Virus record (IMG/VR): IMGVR_UViG_3300034053_000029 | Span: 1 to 64,000 of that record | DNA: 64,000 nt | Reading direction: 5' to 3' (one strand) | From: a virus | Lineage: Duplodnaviria; Caudoviricetes | In this document: positions 46,902 to 56,311 of the stretch, piece after piece | Position numbering within the stretch: position 1 is the stretch's first letter | How the letters are laid out: every line of letters starts with the position of its first letter | Program-made: the position numbers and the translations under genes | The notes under the pieces: model-generated | Databases searched by the model: none | The model's input: only the letters and a program-made list of their open reading frames with translations | Told to the model about the DNA's origin: nothing

Positions 46902-47023
46902 CCGAAACAGTTTCCACGAGCAGACTTGATCCCCATTGCAGACATTTTACCGAAACGGTTAATAGACTGCAGAACGTAACGAACCGACTTTGCATCAATT
47001 TTGACTACCACTTTACTCTCCTA

Positions 47024-47230
47024 TTAAACTAAGGTTATACGAAGTGCCTTACACGCAGCTTTGATTGCAGCATCAGCAGATTTGTGCTTGACACGAGAAT
47101 GTCGATAATGGACTGAACTATACCACTCCCAACCATTATAAGTTTCCCGCACGACACACACCTTGATGCTATCGCCATCTTCAAATGTGGCAACAAGATC
47201 GTTGCCATTTCTTGAATATTTTGTGGTCAT
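47024..47230 (-). CDS. Hypothetical protein
   Basis: ORF track. Confidence 0.55.
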   Translation of the reverse strand: MTTKYSRNGNDLVATFEDGDSIKVCVVRETYNGWEWYSSVHYRHSRVKHKSADAAIKAACKALRITLV

Positions 47231-47233
47231 GAT

Positions 47234-47449
47234 TCAGTCCTTACAATTGTATTCGGATTTGATACGATCAACATACCGCTGCGCTGCTGCTGCAGTTTTA
47301 AACAAACAACACAATTTGTTAATAGTTGTCCAATATGTCTCTTGACGAATCGTGTCAAATTTAAGTTGCCGAACAAGAACAAAGTTTGGGGAAATTATTG
47401 ATACGGTTGTTGGTAATGTTTTATCCATTTCATTTCTCCGTTTTGTCAT
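47234..47449 (-). CDS. Hypothetical early protein
   Basis: After promoter; GGAG RBS favours MDKTL start. Confidence 0.55.
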   Translation of the reverse strand: MTKRRNEMDKTLPTTVSIISPNFVLVRQLKFDTIRQETYWTTINKLCCLFKTAAAAQRYVDRIKSEYNCKD

Positions 47450-47460
47450 TCGATGAACGG

Positions 47461-47510
47461 ATTATAAACGAACTAGGAACTAAGTCAACAACTTTCGTAA
47501 GTGATTGATT
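47461..47510 (-). promoter_or_regulatory. Early promoter with IHF box
   Basis: TTGACT-16-TATAAT; AATCAATCACTTA. Confidence 0.8.
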
Positions 47511-47958
47511 TGTCTACGAAAAACCAGAAAACTTTAGATGGGTCGGCAAACCAGTCTGGACAAAACACATCAACCCCAACATTGTGAATCTTCTCACCCA
47601 TTGTCCTAGAAAGATAATTAACGAGGTTTCCATCATGCTGATAATCGGAAAGATCAAAGTCGAACTTACATCCAATTCTTTTTGCTTTCATGACAGCATC
47701 ATACTGCAATTCCCACAACGAATCCTTCATCGCATTCGATGGTTGGATTTTATTAAATATGGACGATGCCACAACAAATGCAACTTGCTTATGCATAAAG
47801 ATGCCACACCAAAAACACATATCATCGTTGAAGATCACCGGCTTGAACGACATAACCGATAGCATTCTGAACTGATCCACTTCAGAAGGCATTTTCATAA
47901 TCACAATCTCCACCGTTATACACATCACTAAACAAAAACTTGGTATCACCAGATTCAA
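47485..47958 (-). CDS. Hypothetical protein (start uncertain)
   Basis: ORF track. Confidence 0.5.
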   Translation of the reverse strand: MNLVIPSFCLVMCITVEIVIMKMPSEVDQFRMLSVMSFKPVIFNDDMCFWCGIFMHKQVAFVVASSIFNKIQPSNAMKDSLWELQYDAVMKAKRIGCKFDFDLSDYQHDGNLVNYLSRTMGEKIHNVGVDVFCPDWFADPSKVFWFFVDKSITYESC

Positions 47959-48469
47959 TTTTAGAAATTGATTCTGGACTTAATGAATATCCATATGACA
48001 TATACTTCAATGTACGCTTAATTGCATTCTCAGGATTGAACCTAGTGAAGTTGATCTGTTTTGACTTGTCATCTTCTATTGCTTCTTTTGTTGCAAGGCA
48101 CGTTTTTCCGTCAGTTAAGAACTGACACACTCTGATATCGAAATGTCCTAATAATTCCTCGGCAGATGCGAAAAATTTCTTTATCAGTTGAATCCTAATT
48201 CCGGTTCCTCTGAATGAAACTGCATTCGCAGACTCATAGAACTGGTCATAGATCGGAGATAAGATATTATACAAACGATCAAACTGCGCTTTGTTAGCCA
48301 CGAAAATGTCCATGTCAGCACGACCAACATTGACACCATGATGCCATCGAAGAGGCGCACCACCTGCGATCCAAGGTCCATGTTCGATATTGAAATCCAC
48401 CTGAGAAAAGATTTTATTATCTTGTCTAGGGATGTTCATTCTTGTTTTGACTAAATCTATGGTTTGCAT
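47882..48469 (-). CDS. Nucleotidyltransferase (tRNA-NT/poly(A) polymerase head-like)
   Basis: WIAGGA.....G....DMDIF, IQLI, L..FDI..CQ. Confidence 0.7.
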   Translation of the reverse strand: MQTIDLVKTRMNIPRQDNKIFSQVDFNIEHGPWIAGGAPLRWHHGVNVGRADMDIFVANKAQFDRLYNILSPIYDQFYESANAVSFRGTGIRIQLIKKFFASAEELLGHFDIRVCQFLTDGKTCLATKEAIEDDKSKQINFTRFNPENAIKRTLKYMSYGYSLSPESISKIESGDTKFLFSDVYNGGDCDYENAF

Positions 48470-48771
48470 AATGCCCTCATAAGTTCAAACGCTTCCTTTG
48501 CGTCTTTTAGTCCTGGATGCTTTTTACATAGGTCTTCAATGTTCTTTTCTTCCATCATCTTATTATATGCCCAATCAAGTGCGTGTTGATAATGAGGTTG
48601 AAGATCGACTGACGGAGTGTCTGGATAAAACTCATGTTTATTGCCATATTCATCAATTACGAAAAATTTATGGTTATGGTTGTCCCAAAATAATGGACCA
48701 CTTCCGTTAGGGACGCTGTGTGCATATACAGGTTGAAATTGTGAACCTACTTTAATATCACGAACTATCAT
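48457..48771 (-). CDS. Small protein with C-terminal helix family motif
   Basis: KHPGLKDAKEAFELMRALC. Confidence 0.6.
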   Translation of the reverse strand: MIVRDIKVGSQFQPVYAHSVPNGSGPLFWDNHNHKFFVIDEYGNKHEFYPDTPSVDLQPHYQHALDWAYNKMMEEKNIEDLCKKHPGLKDAKEAFELMRALCKP

Positions 48772-49061
48772 AGACGCATAATTTCCATCGCAACGTGTTG
48801 ACCGATAACTTGGGCATAGTCATCGTTTTCTGGAATGACTAGCAGTTTCTTGAATGAACGATCCTTCTGATGATCCCAATGATATTGCTGAAGTACAACA
48901 CCCCCTTGAGCAAAATGAATGGTAAACTTTAGCTGTTTCTCACTTAAATCTTCATCACAAGCAACCAGAGTTTGATTTGGTTGTGCTGCGTTATATTTGT
49001 GGTTGTCTTCATCAACTGCTTGACTAACCATTCTTCGTAGCCAATGTCTAAACCATTTCAT
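48768..49061 (-). CDS. Hypothetical protein
   Basis: ORF track. Confidence 0.6.
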   Translation of the reverse strand: MKWFRHWLRRMVSQAVDEDNHKYNAAQPNQTLVACDEDLSEKQLKFTIHFAQGGVVLQQYHWDHQKDRSFKKLLVIPENDDYAQVIGQHVAMEIMRL

Positions 49062-49082
49062 TTGATGCCTTTCATTTATAAA

Positions 49083-49158
49083 TGGTGCCCCTGGTCTGAT
49101 TTGAACAGACGATCAACAAATTATGAGTTTGCTGCTTTCACCACTAAGCTACAGGGGC
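49083..49158 (-). tRNA. tRNA with CAU anticodon, probably tRNA-Ile2 (lysidine-modified)
   Basis: GCCCCTG/CAGGGGC acceptor, encoded CCA, CT-CAT-AA loop, GTTCAAATC T arm; C4:G69 and C5:G68; G1:C72 paired. Confidence 0.9.
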
Positions 49159-49165
49159 GTATTCC

Positions 49166-49438
49166 TCACCGTTGAAGAACTCTCAAGAACAGATTCTGCT
49201 CAAGTTCCTCAATGTACTGATTAAGATTTTCAACTTCGGCTTTATAGGTGGAAGTCTTTTTTGCACCGACACCCAATTTGGATATTTTGGAAACCCACTT
49301 GCGAAGATTGACTACCAATTTATAAGCCTCTGCATCCATTAGTTTGCCGCCTTGCGGATCATCATACCAACAGAATTGATCGAGCAATTCCTTCTCGATC
49401 TGCCACCAATCGTTTGCTTCCACAAGTTTAGTCACCAT
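49166..49438 (-). CDS. Hypothetical protein
   Basis: ORF track. Confidence 0.6.
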   Translation of the reverse strand: MVTKLVEANDWWQIEKELLDQFCWYDDPQGGKLMDAEAYKLVVNLRKWVSKISKLGVGAKKTSTYKAEVENLNQYIEELEQNLFLRVLQR

Positions 49439-49445
49439 AGACCCC

Positions 49446-49661
49446 TCAGAGGATGTTGCGTTCTTTTACTCCGGCTTCAAACATATCCCACAGACGATTA
49501 AATTTAATTTCGTATATGGTCTTCATACCCAAGATTATATTAGCAGTCTGGTCTTGTGTCAAGTCACGTTCAAGCACTTCCTCAAGAATCATGTCAAGAT
49601 CGTCTGTGACATTCCAGCACTTCAAAAGTTCCTGCTCAAAGTCAAATCGATTAAATTTCAT
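49446..49661 (-). CDS. Conserved hypothetical phage protein
   Basis: RFDFEQ....CWNVTDDL...LG...Y..KF..LW..FE. Confidence 0.7.
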   Translation of the reverse strand: MKFNRFDFEQELLKCWNVTDDLDMILEEVLERDLTQDQTANIILGMKTIYEIKFNRLWDMFEAGVKERNIL

Positions 49662-49952
49662 TTCAAATTTTCTCCTAAAGGTTCAACTCGCTCAACTACA
49701 ACATTATCGGCAATTACGTTTGCCCTTGCAATCGCTTGTGTCGGTGTTTCTGCGACAATCATGATAGCCTCTCGCAAATTAGTTTGTCGCACGACACCTT
49801 GTAAAACATACAATTTATTTTTCATAAGTTTCCTATGCTGTTAGCCATTTAGTGACAAATACTACGGTTGCGACAAAATATGCAATCATAATAATGATCA
49901 AGATTATGTTGTACCAGTTTATTCTACCATAATCGTCTTTAAGATTCCACAT

Positions 49953-50729
49953 CTAAATCTCCACTACCATATCCGTGTAAGGTTTCCCCATATTGTTACG
50001 TTCACGATAATATCCATAAGGGTTACGAACTACTCGCATTCCATTGGTGGGCCAAATCATATCAAGTGGGTCATGCGAATGTCCCTGGCACCAAAGAGTG
50101 ATTCCTTCCATGTCCATAATGTCATCGCACTGAGCAGTAAAATACCAATTAAGAGTATCTGTCCCAGGATTCTGTTTCCACTTAGGATCAACCGTTTCGT
50201 AGCTCGACATGAAGTGAGTTACCACGACGATCTTCTTATCTTCAGCACGAAGTTTCTCGACCATCATTTTCAAGTAAGCACGATCAGCAAGATGTTTATC
50301 ATAAGCCATTTGTGGAGTGAATCTGGTTCCACCATTGTTTGCGGTAATAACCCGAAAGTCATTAATACAATCTTTTGCCGCATGCATAACGAAGAAGTCT
50401 TGATTCTTGAAGTCAGTCCATAGAGTTACACCAATGAATACGGTATTGTAATATTGCCAAACACCACGATCAAGAAGATGAACATTCTTGCTTAAAAGGC
50501 GTTGATCTGGTCGCCAGTCAATGTCTTTTCTGTAGAAAGAATGGTTGCCTAGAACACAGATTACATGTTTGAATTTTGTCGAAATCTCGTTGATAGATAA
50601 TTCAAACTTCCTAGAGTCGATATCACCTGCGACAACCGCAATATCTGCCTTTGGAGTAATCATCGACCAGATCGTTGCCGGATCATGGAATTGTTCACAG
50701 TGAACATCTGAAAAAATTTGCAAGCGCAT
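49953..50729 (-). CDS. Calcineurin-like metallophosphoesterase
   Basis: SDVH, VAGDI, LGNH, VVTH, GHSH. Confidence 0.9.
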   Translation of the reverse strand: MRLQIFSDVHCEQFHDPATIWSMITPKADIAVVAGDIDSRKFELSINEISTKFKHVICVLGNHSFYRKDIDWRPDQRLLSKNVHLLDRGVWQYYNTVFIGVTLWTDFKNQDFFVMHAAKDCINDFRVITANNGGTRFTPQMAYDKHLADRAYLKMMVEKLRAEDKKIVVVTHFMSSYETVDPKWKQNPGTDTLNWYFTAQCDDIMDMEGITLWCQGHSHDPLDMIWPTNGMRVVRNPYGYYRERNNMGKPYTDMVVEI

Positions 50730-50756
50730 AATATCTTTCCTAAAAAGTATGTAATT

Positions 50757-50785
50757 ATTTTACGATTTTTCACTGAAAATGTCAA
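50757..50785 (-). promoter_or_regulatory. Early promoter
   Basis: TTGACA-17-TAAAAT. Confidence 0.7.
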
Positions 50786-50792
50786 GCAGCAT

Positions 50793-50854
50793 GATAAATA
50801 TCATGTAGCAACAAAAAATGCTAGTCACGAAGCGTCAACTTCTACTAGCCCTAG
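50793..50854 (+). ncRNA. Late promoter + conserved endonuclease leader hairpin, copy 2
   Basis: GATAAATA; GCTAGT-CAC-GAAG[CGTCAA]CTTC-T-ACTAGC-CCTAG. Confidence 0.6.
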
Positions 50855-50883
50855 ACATTCTAACATTTATCAAGGAGACAAAT

Positions 50884-51573
50884 ATGTCCAGCACTAGTAT
50901 TTATCAATTCAAACCTACATTTCTATACATCAAACAACATACCGTAACTGGTAAATTATACTTTGGTAAGACTACCAAGAATCCAGAAACATATCTTGGT
51001 AGTGGAAAATATTGGAGAAACCACATCAAGAAGCACGGAATAAAATATGTAATAAATTTGTGGTATTGTTTATTTTTAGACGAAAGCGATTGTAAGAATT
51101 TTGCATTATCTTTTTCTGAACAAAATGATATTGTTGAGTCGAGTATATGGGCAAATCTGATTAATGAGAATGTGTCTGGTGGTGGAAATATTGGAAAATT
51201 AAACGGAATGCACAAATCCAATAGAGATTACGATACCGATAAAGAAAAGAAGAGAATTAACAACATGAGAGCATCGAGAGCATTAGCATCAAAAGACCAA
51301 AATGTAAAATCATATTCTAGAGTCAAATCTGAAGAAGAACGTAAGAAGATTAGCGATAAAGCTAAACATCGATCTTTAGTAATATGTCCACATTGTGGCA
51401 AAGAATGTAATCAAATAAACGCAATTAGACATCATTTAGATAGATGCAAATCAAACCCAAATATATCAGAAGAAGATATGTTTATCAATAAGGTGACTAG
51501 AATACACGACAGAAAGTTAATGCAAATTGGTGGTTTTGCTGCTTGGATAAAGTGTAGCAAACATCTTCCTTAA
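50884..51573 (+). CDS. GIY-YIG (Seg-like) homing endonuclease
   Basis: FLYIKQH..TGKLYFGKT...Y.GSG.YW; AAGGAG RBS before MSSTS. Confidence 0.85.
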   Translation: MSSTSIYQFKPTFLYIKQHTVTGKLYFGKTTKNPETYLGSGKYWRNHIKKHGIKYVINLWYCLFLDESDCKNFALSFSEQNDIVESSIWANLINENVSGGGNIGKLNGMHKSNRDYDTDKEKKRINNMRASRALASKDQNVKSYSRVKSEEERKKISDKAKHRSLVICPHCGKECNQINAIRHHLDRCKSNPNISEEDMFINKVTRIHDRKLMQIGGFAAWIKCSKHLP

Positions 51574-51737
51574 TCTTCATTCTTGCCTCACTACTATGTC
51601 AGATGGATATCCATCACGATTAATCAAAGTGTCTCGCACATATTTTTCGGTGCAACTGACATTATAGAATACTATGTCGTATTCAGTCAAATACCCTGAT
51701 TCCTCGGAGTAGCGATAAACGATAAATCTACGCATGA

Positions 51738-51935
51738 TTAGTTACAATTGTCCCAACAGATGCTGTAATATTCATATTTGTTTGGAAACTCAGTTTCCAA
51801 TTTGTCAATCATTTTGTATTCCTCACCGACTTGATACTCTCCATCAAAACAAGACCATTTGTCTCGACTTCCGTCTGACTTGATCCCATAGACGGTAGAA
51901 ATGTCACTTCGACGTTCTTCATAAATTTTAGCCAT
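51738..51935 (-). CDS. Hypothetical protein
   Basis: ORF track. Confidence 0.5.
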   Translation of the reverse strand: MAKIYEERRSDISTVYGIKSDGSRDKWSCFDGEYQVGEEYKMIDKLETEFPNKYEYYSICWDNCN

Positions 51936-52158
51936 GCCAGTACCTAACTATTCCAATAATATTAATAATACCAAACATCACATTAACTTCAACCAAAGAA
52001 CGTGACGCATTCGATTTGTATGCCAACCAACCACCAAGGATACTGGACATAAGGAACAACCAGTATCCTGTGACATTTTGACCGACATTGAGTGCAATCA
52101 ATACCGCACCAATAAGACTACTGGCACGGTAGAGATTTTCACACCAATTCATAAGCAC
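51928..52158 (-). CDS. Small membrane protein
   Basis: Three hydrophobic helices. Confidence 0.6.
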   Translation of the reverse strand: MLMNWCENLYRASSLIGAVLIALNVGQNVTGYWLFLMSSILGGWLAYKSNASRSLVEVNVMFGIINIIGIVRYWHG

Positions 52159-52534
52159 GGTCCCAACGACCGATCTTCACTTCGACGTAGTGCTTAACGT
52201 GATGGTAATCGGACATGATATCGGACTTGTCGAACCAACCCTCACCACGAAGTGCTTCAACAGCGGCAACTGCAAAATCCTTAGCCTTGCCAGTGAATTG
52301 TTCCTTCACCCAATACGGATTCACATTGATGCTATCCTTCGCCGGATTAAAACGAGGATCATTCTTGTGAGTTTCGTTGAAGTTCTTGATGAAGTCGATC
52401 TTACCGGACTTTACCGTGAGAACCAACGTCGAATGATTATCAACCGACAACGAACCAGAAAGACCGTATTGCTTCAGAAGTGCCTTGATCTTCGGGGCAA
52501 TCGCTTTTTTCTCAGATTGGGAAATGTAAGCCAT
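52139..52534 (-). CDS. Conserved early phage protein
   Basis: MAYISQ..KKAIAP.IK..LK.YG..GSLSV..HSTL...VNPYW. Confidence 0.75.
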   Translation of the reverse strand: MAYISQSEKKAIAPKIKALLKQYGLSGSLSVDNHSTLVLTVKSGKIDFIKNFNETHKNDPRFNPAKDSINVNPYWVKEQFTGKAKDFAVAAVEALRGEGWFDKSDIMSDYHHVKHYVEVKIGRWDRAYELV

Positions 52535-52566
52535 TTGTTTCTCCTAGTGCGTTGTCGATGTGATGA

Positions 52567-52610
52567 ATTATAAACGAACGATTCTGGAAGTCAACAACTT
52601 TCGTAAGTGG
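52567..52610 (-). promoter_or_regulatory. Early promoter
   Basis: TTGACT-16-TATAAT; CACTTACGAAAGTTG upstream. Confidence 0.8.
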
Positions 52611-52616
52611 CTGAAA

Positions 52617-53183
52617 CTAAAGGGTTTTTACATACTCCACTACATCATCGAAAAACGAATTGCCCTGATGGTCGGCAGAATCATAGAATCTTTTGTATGG
52701 GTGATATTCGGGAACATCATACGGATCAACCACTTGGTCGTTCTTTGCAATAAAGAAATGACGATTCACCAGACTGCCTTTTGATGAGTACTTATTGAAT
52801 GACTCAACAATTTCACAAGTCATTGATTTGCTTGTGTTTGTTTGGTAATCAACATAGCCGGAATCTAGATATTTCTTGAGCGAAATTTCTGGTGACATTG
52901 CAGGATTAACAAGCACTTGCGTTGCATCCCACTTCTCACCCATTCTTGCCGCCCAAAACCCACCTAGACTAGTTCCAACAAACACGACCTTAGTGAAACT
53001 TCCATCGTAGTAATGTTTTGTTATTACCCGATCAAGAAAGTCATCTAATGTCGCTTCTGCTTTGACTGGATCAACTGGGATACTAGGTGCCTCAACCAGA
53101 AACCCTGCGTCTCGTAAGTCTTTGACTTTACTAGAGTTTGGTGAACCACCAAGTCCGTGAAAATAAACAACTAAGGTTTTCAT
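52617..53183 (-). CDS. YqiA/YcfP-like alpha/beta hydrolase (esterase)
   Basis: YFHGLGGSP.S.K, GTSLGGFWA, VNPA, D.V..., H. Confidence 0.85.
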   Translation of the reverse strand: MKTLVVYFHGLGGSPNSSKVKDLRDAGFLVEAPSIPVDPVKAEATLDDFLDRVITKHYYDGSFTKVVFVGTSLGGFWAARMGEKWDATQVLVNPAMSPEISLKKYLDSGYVDYQTNTSKSMTCEIVESFNKYSSKGSLVNRHFFIAKNDQVVDPYDVPEYHPYKRFYDSADHQGNSFFDDVVEYVKTL

Positions 53184-53214
53184 GATAAATTAAAAATCTC
53201 ATTTAGGAGATACC

Positions 53215-53243
53215 ATTATATTCGATATCTAACACTCAGTCAA
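53215..53243 (-). promoter_or_regulatory. Early promoter
   Basis: TTGACT-17-TATAAT. Confidence 0.7.
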
Positions 53244-53703
53244 GATATACTAAGTGTTTGTTTTCAAAGCGTTCTAGAACTGCTTCAATGAGTTTATCTA
53301 GCAGCACCTTTTTACCGGCAACCTGACCTTTATATTTTGGTCTTTCAAAATCATCAACTGGTTTGGTATGGTCTAAGTAAGTTTCGTGTTCGATCTTACC
53401 ACCACGAACATAAGTGACGATTTTATGACCGGTGGCTTTATGTATAAAACAAAACTTCCCATCCGTCAGCTTTCCACTTGCTCCGACATTATTTTTCTCA
53501 AGCCAGTTATGTGCTTTCTTAATATGCACTTTGACTGACGATAATGGAAGAGGAAGATTCTGCTGATTGACTCGTCTTGAATTGACTCTGGATATGAAAT
53601 GGGACGAATACCTGACATTACGACCATTATCTATTTCGGTTGCATCACCATCAAAATTTGTTTGGTGTGAATCAGATTGTCTAAATTTATCTATGTTAGT
53701 CAT
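53236..53703 (-). CDS. Late-cluster protein, possible BECR-fold RNase-like
   Basis: YSSHFISRVNSR helix then beta strands; coupled to upstream stop. Confidence 0.5.
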   Translation of the reverse strand: MTNIDKFRQSDSHQTNFDGDATEIDNGRNVRYSSHFISRVNSRRVNQQNLPLPLSSVKVHIKKAHNWLEKNNVGASGKLTDGKFCFIHKATGHKIVTYVRGGKIEHETYLDHTKPVDDFERPKYKGQVAGKKVLLDKLIEAVLERFENKHLVYLD

Positions 53704-54262
53704 CTGTATCCTTTGGCTTTCCGTACATTGCTTTCTTATGAATATGCCCACCGATTAATCTTGTGTAATGATGACCGTCATCATCTTTTGAAATTATTTC
53801 TTTGCCTGTGAGACGTTCTGCTTCTGAATTTGGAACTTTATTTGCTCCCATCTTCTCAGCAACTTTAGCAGCAGGACCAGACTTTTCTGCCCATGCATTT
53901 CGTTTATGCTGACCACGATCTAGATCATCTTCTCGTGCGATTTCACGATAACCTTTTTTACCTTCAACAGAACCATCTGTGCTTGACACGACGGCCTTTC
54001 TACCAAATTGTTTCTTGTAACCAGACCACGCAACCACCTTACCATTTCGCTTTACACCTTTAATGGTATGAATGCTATCTGCTAGTTCTTCCGCAGAAGC
54101 GGCACCTGCGTACCCACCCATAGGTTCATATGACTTCTGTAATTCATCCCAATGGGATTTTACGAAGTCATGCTTGGCAGCAACATAATCGTCATGCTTA
54201 TCGAACTTGTCAGGATGAATTGTTATCATCCTTTCTGTGATGAAAGTCTTGAATGTGATCAT
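53696..54262 (-). CDS. Putative capsid-internal protein
   Basis: N-term MITFKTFITE; CATAAATA late promoter at 54289-96. Confidence 0.7.
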   Translation of the reverse strand: MITFKTFITERMITIHPDKFDKHDDYVAAKHDFVKSHWDELQKSYEPMGGYAGAASAEELADSIHTIKGVKRNGKVVAWSGYKKQFGRKAVVSSTDGSVEGKKGYREIAREDDLDRGQHKRNAWAEKSGPAAKVAEKMGANKVPNSEAERLTGKEIISKDDDGHHYTRLIGGHIHKKAMYGKPKDTDD

Positions 54263-54301
54263 ACCTATCCACAATAGTTATTTGTGAATATTTATGCATA
54301 C

Positions 54302-54421
54302 TCAATAACCAGTGATGGTGATGGTCAGGGTATCAAAGGAAGCACGGAATGCGATATTCCGAGTGGTCATAGCAGCACAACCGTCAAAGAACTCTTCAGC
54401 AGTATTGAAAGTGATGATCAT
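54302..54421 (-). CDS. Small early protein (39 aa, not in ORF track)
   Basis: AAGGAG RBS; MIITFNTAEEFFDGCAAMTTRNIAFRASFDTLTITITGY. Confidence 0.6.
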   Translation of the reverse strand: MIITFNTAEEFFDGCAAMTTRNIAFRASFDTLTITITGY

Positions 54422-54446
54422 GATAGTCTCCTTGTTGATGTAACGA

Positions 54447-54496
54447 ATTATAGAGACTTTCTGAAACTTGTCAATGAGTTTATTAAGTCATTGATT
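54447..54496 (-). promoter_or_regulatory. Early promoter with IHF box
   Basis: TTGACA-16-TATAAT; AATCAATGACTTA. Confidence 0.8.
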
Positions 54497-54499
54497 TAC

Positions 54500-54538
54500 A
54501 AAAGAAAAAAGGCAACACCCTTTCGGAATGTTGCCTTT
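54500..54538 (-). terminator. Intrinsic terminator
   Basis: AAAGGCAACA...TGTTGCCTTT followed by T-run on minus strand. Confidence 0.75.
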
Positions 54539-54554
54539 GTGGTGCGACTTGTGA

Positions 54555-56288
54555 TTATTTTTTCTTTTTCTTTTTCAATCCGCTAATATCAACTGCTTGA
54601 GCAGGTGCGTATGTCTTACCTTTCGCAGACTCTTGATCGTGTGGATGGTCGATATCCCAAATACCACCGTTATGCTTTGCCTTCTCAGCAGCACCCCTTG
54701 CATCATGGGTGAATTCGCTACTAGCAGTTTTTTCTAGATTAGTTGATAGGGTTGGTGATGTAGCAACGATAGCACCATGAACACCTTTTTTGGATTTGTA
54801 TCTGTCTTTTGGCAAATACTCATCATCTTTAAATCGAGCATCAGATGGGGTTGCATGCCCATTGACCATCACAGTTCTATGCAATCCGTGAAGAACATGC
54901 TGATTATGATAACGGTATAACGTACCATTAACTTTCAGATGACCTGAATGTGCCTTATCTGGAGTGGTTGGCTTACCGTCACCATCGTAGTGTGCTTCTG
55001 ATGGAAGATTCTTTTCTTCTTCAGTTTGATCCTTATGAGCAACACCACTCGACCAATACCTAGCAGTCTTTACATGAGTTGCAAATTCTTTTTCGTCTTC
55101 AGAACCTCTGCGTAAATTGTGAACAACATATGAATGTTTTGCAGGAACTTCATGTCCCTCATCGTTCTTTACCTTGTCTCCATTAGAATCTGTCGATGTA
55201 ATTGTTTGTCTTACTCTGGTTGCGTCTCTTCCAACGTTTTCATCAATGGTGCCACCATTCTTTACTTTTGGGCCAGTGTTTGAATAAGTTACATGGTGAT
55301 CGTTCTCTGGATCATTCAATGCATTTGTCTTGCTATATTGATATGAAATAATCGAAGACTTTCCTTCAGACTTGCGCTGTTTGTTTAAATGCTTTAGAAC
55401 GTGTCTAGTCGATCTATCATTTTCTGCCAATGTGTTTGGACGAACAACGTGTCTCTCACCATTCTTATCTGATCTTTCAGCATCATTTCTAACGCTATGA
55501 GTATGAGCTAAGATGTAATCATGTGTCATTGCAGGATCATGCATTGCTTGAGTATTTGCAGCACGACCTACCGCAGCATGAGCATATTGTGTTTCTGCAT
55601 TGTGAGCAAAACACGCACCTTTTCTAACATCGGCACCACCAGATGAATCAATGCCACCACCACACCCTTTTGTTTGACCAGGGCAGGTATTGATGATGTG
55701 ATGTTTTTCTGATTCTCCAGTGCCGGAAGTGTATACAGAATGTCCTGCAACGTGCTTACAAGCAGAAGCGGCAAATGGTCTACCCTTCTCATCATGTTCA
55801 AATTTAATTGAATCAGTCTTTTCACTGTCTGAAGTTGTTCTGCCAGATGTGGATAAGTGCTTTGCCTTTTTTAATCTTTCAACTGCAGCTTTTTCACGTT
55901 TAATCTGCTCGTCTTTTGGAAGTTTAAAATGTTCATCTAATGCTGCTTTATGTCCTCTCTCAACTTCACCAATACTAAGTGGTGGTCTGTCTTCATGACC
56001 ATAAACTTCTGCTCTAGCTTTATTTCTTTCTTGCATACCAATGTGGTTTTTACCATTTTCCCACATATGTTTTGGCACATTAACAGATGATGCGGCCTTA
56101 CCCTTAACTCCGGCATCTGCTTTAACAATTATGCGACCCGCATGATCTGGATCGTTCTCTACAGACTCATGTAACTCTTCATTATGAATAGTTTCAAACT
56201 CATCAAAATGTTGTTGTTGAACTTCATTTTCTCTTGGCGTACTATTCGCTTTAAACGCTTTAAATCTAATCATTATTCTCTCCATCAA
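54555..56288 (-). CDS. His/Lys-rich late protein with GP88-like domain
   Basis: NTCPG.T.GC...GACF...VRPN...YQYSK...HVTYS; CATAAATA at 56309-16. Confidence 0.55.
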   Translation of the reverse strand: MMERIMIRFKAFKANSTPRENEVQQQHFDEFETIHNEELHESVENDPDHAGRIIVKADAGVKGKAASSVNVPKHMWENGKNHIGMQERNKARAEVYGHEDRPPLSIGEVERGHKAALDEHFKLPKDEQIKREKAAVERLKKAKHLSTSGRTTSDSEKTDSIKFEHDEKGRPFAASACKHVAGHSVYTSGTGESEKHHIINTCPGQTKGCGGGIDSSGGADVRKGACFAHNAETQYAHAAVGRAANTQAMHDPAMTHDYILAHTHSVRNDAERSDKNGERHVVRPNTLAENDRSTRHVLKHLNKQRKSEGKSSIISYQYSKTNALNDPENDHHVTYSNTGPKVKNGGTIDENVGRDATRVRQTITSTDSNGDKVKNDEGHEVPAKHSYVVHNLRRGSEDEKEFATHVKTARYWSSGVAHKDQTEEEKNLPSEAHYDGDGKPTTPDKAHSGHLKVNGTLYRYHNQHVLHGLHRTVMVNGHATPSDARFKDDEYLPKDRYKSKKGVHGAIVATSPTLSTNLEKTASSEFTHDARGAAEKAKHNGGIWDIDHPHDQESAKGKTYAPAQAVDISGLKKKKKK

Positions 56289-56311
56289 TAAAGGGTAATT
56301 TGTTATTATAT

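Noticed and set aside
49083-49158. Initiator tRNA-fMet
   Set aside because: G1:C72 is paired and the anticodon stem lacks three consecutive G:C pairs.
50818-50883. 22 aa N-terminal extension (MLVTKRQ...) as the real start of the endonuclease
   Set aside because: A strong AAGGAG precedes ATG 50884, and the equivalent upstream ATG is out of frame in the other two copies.
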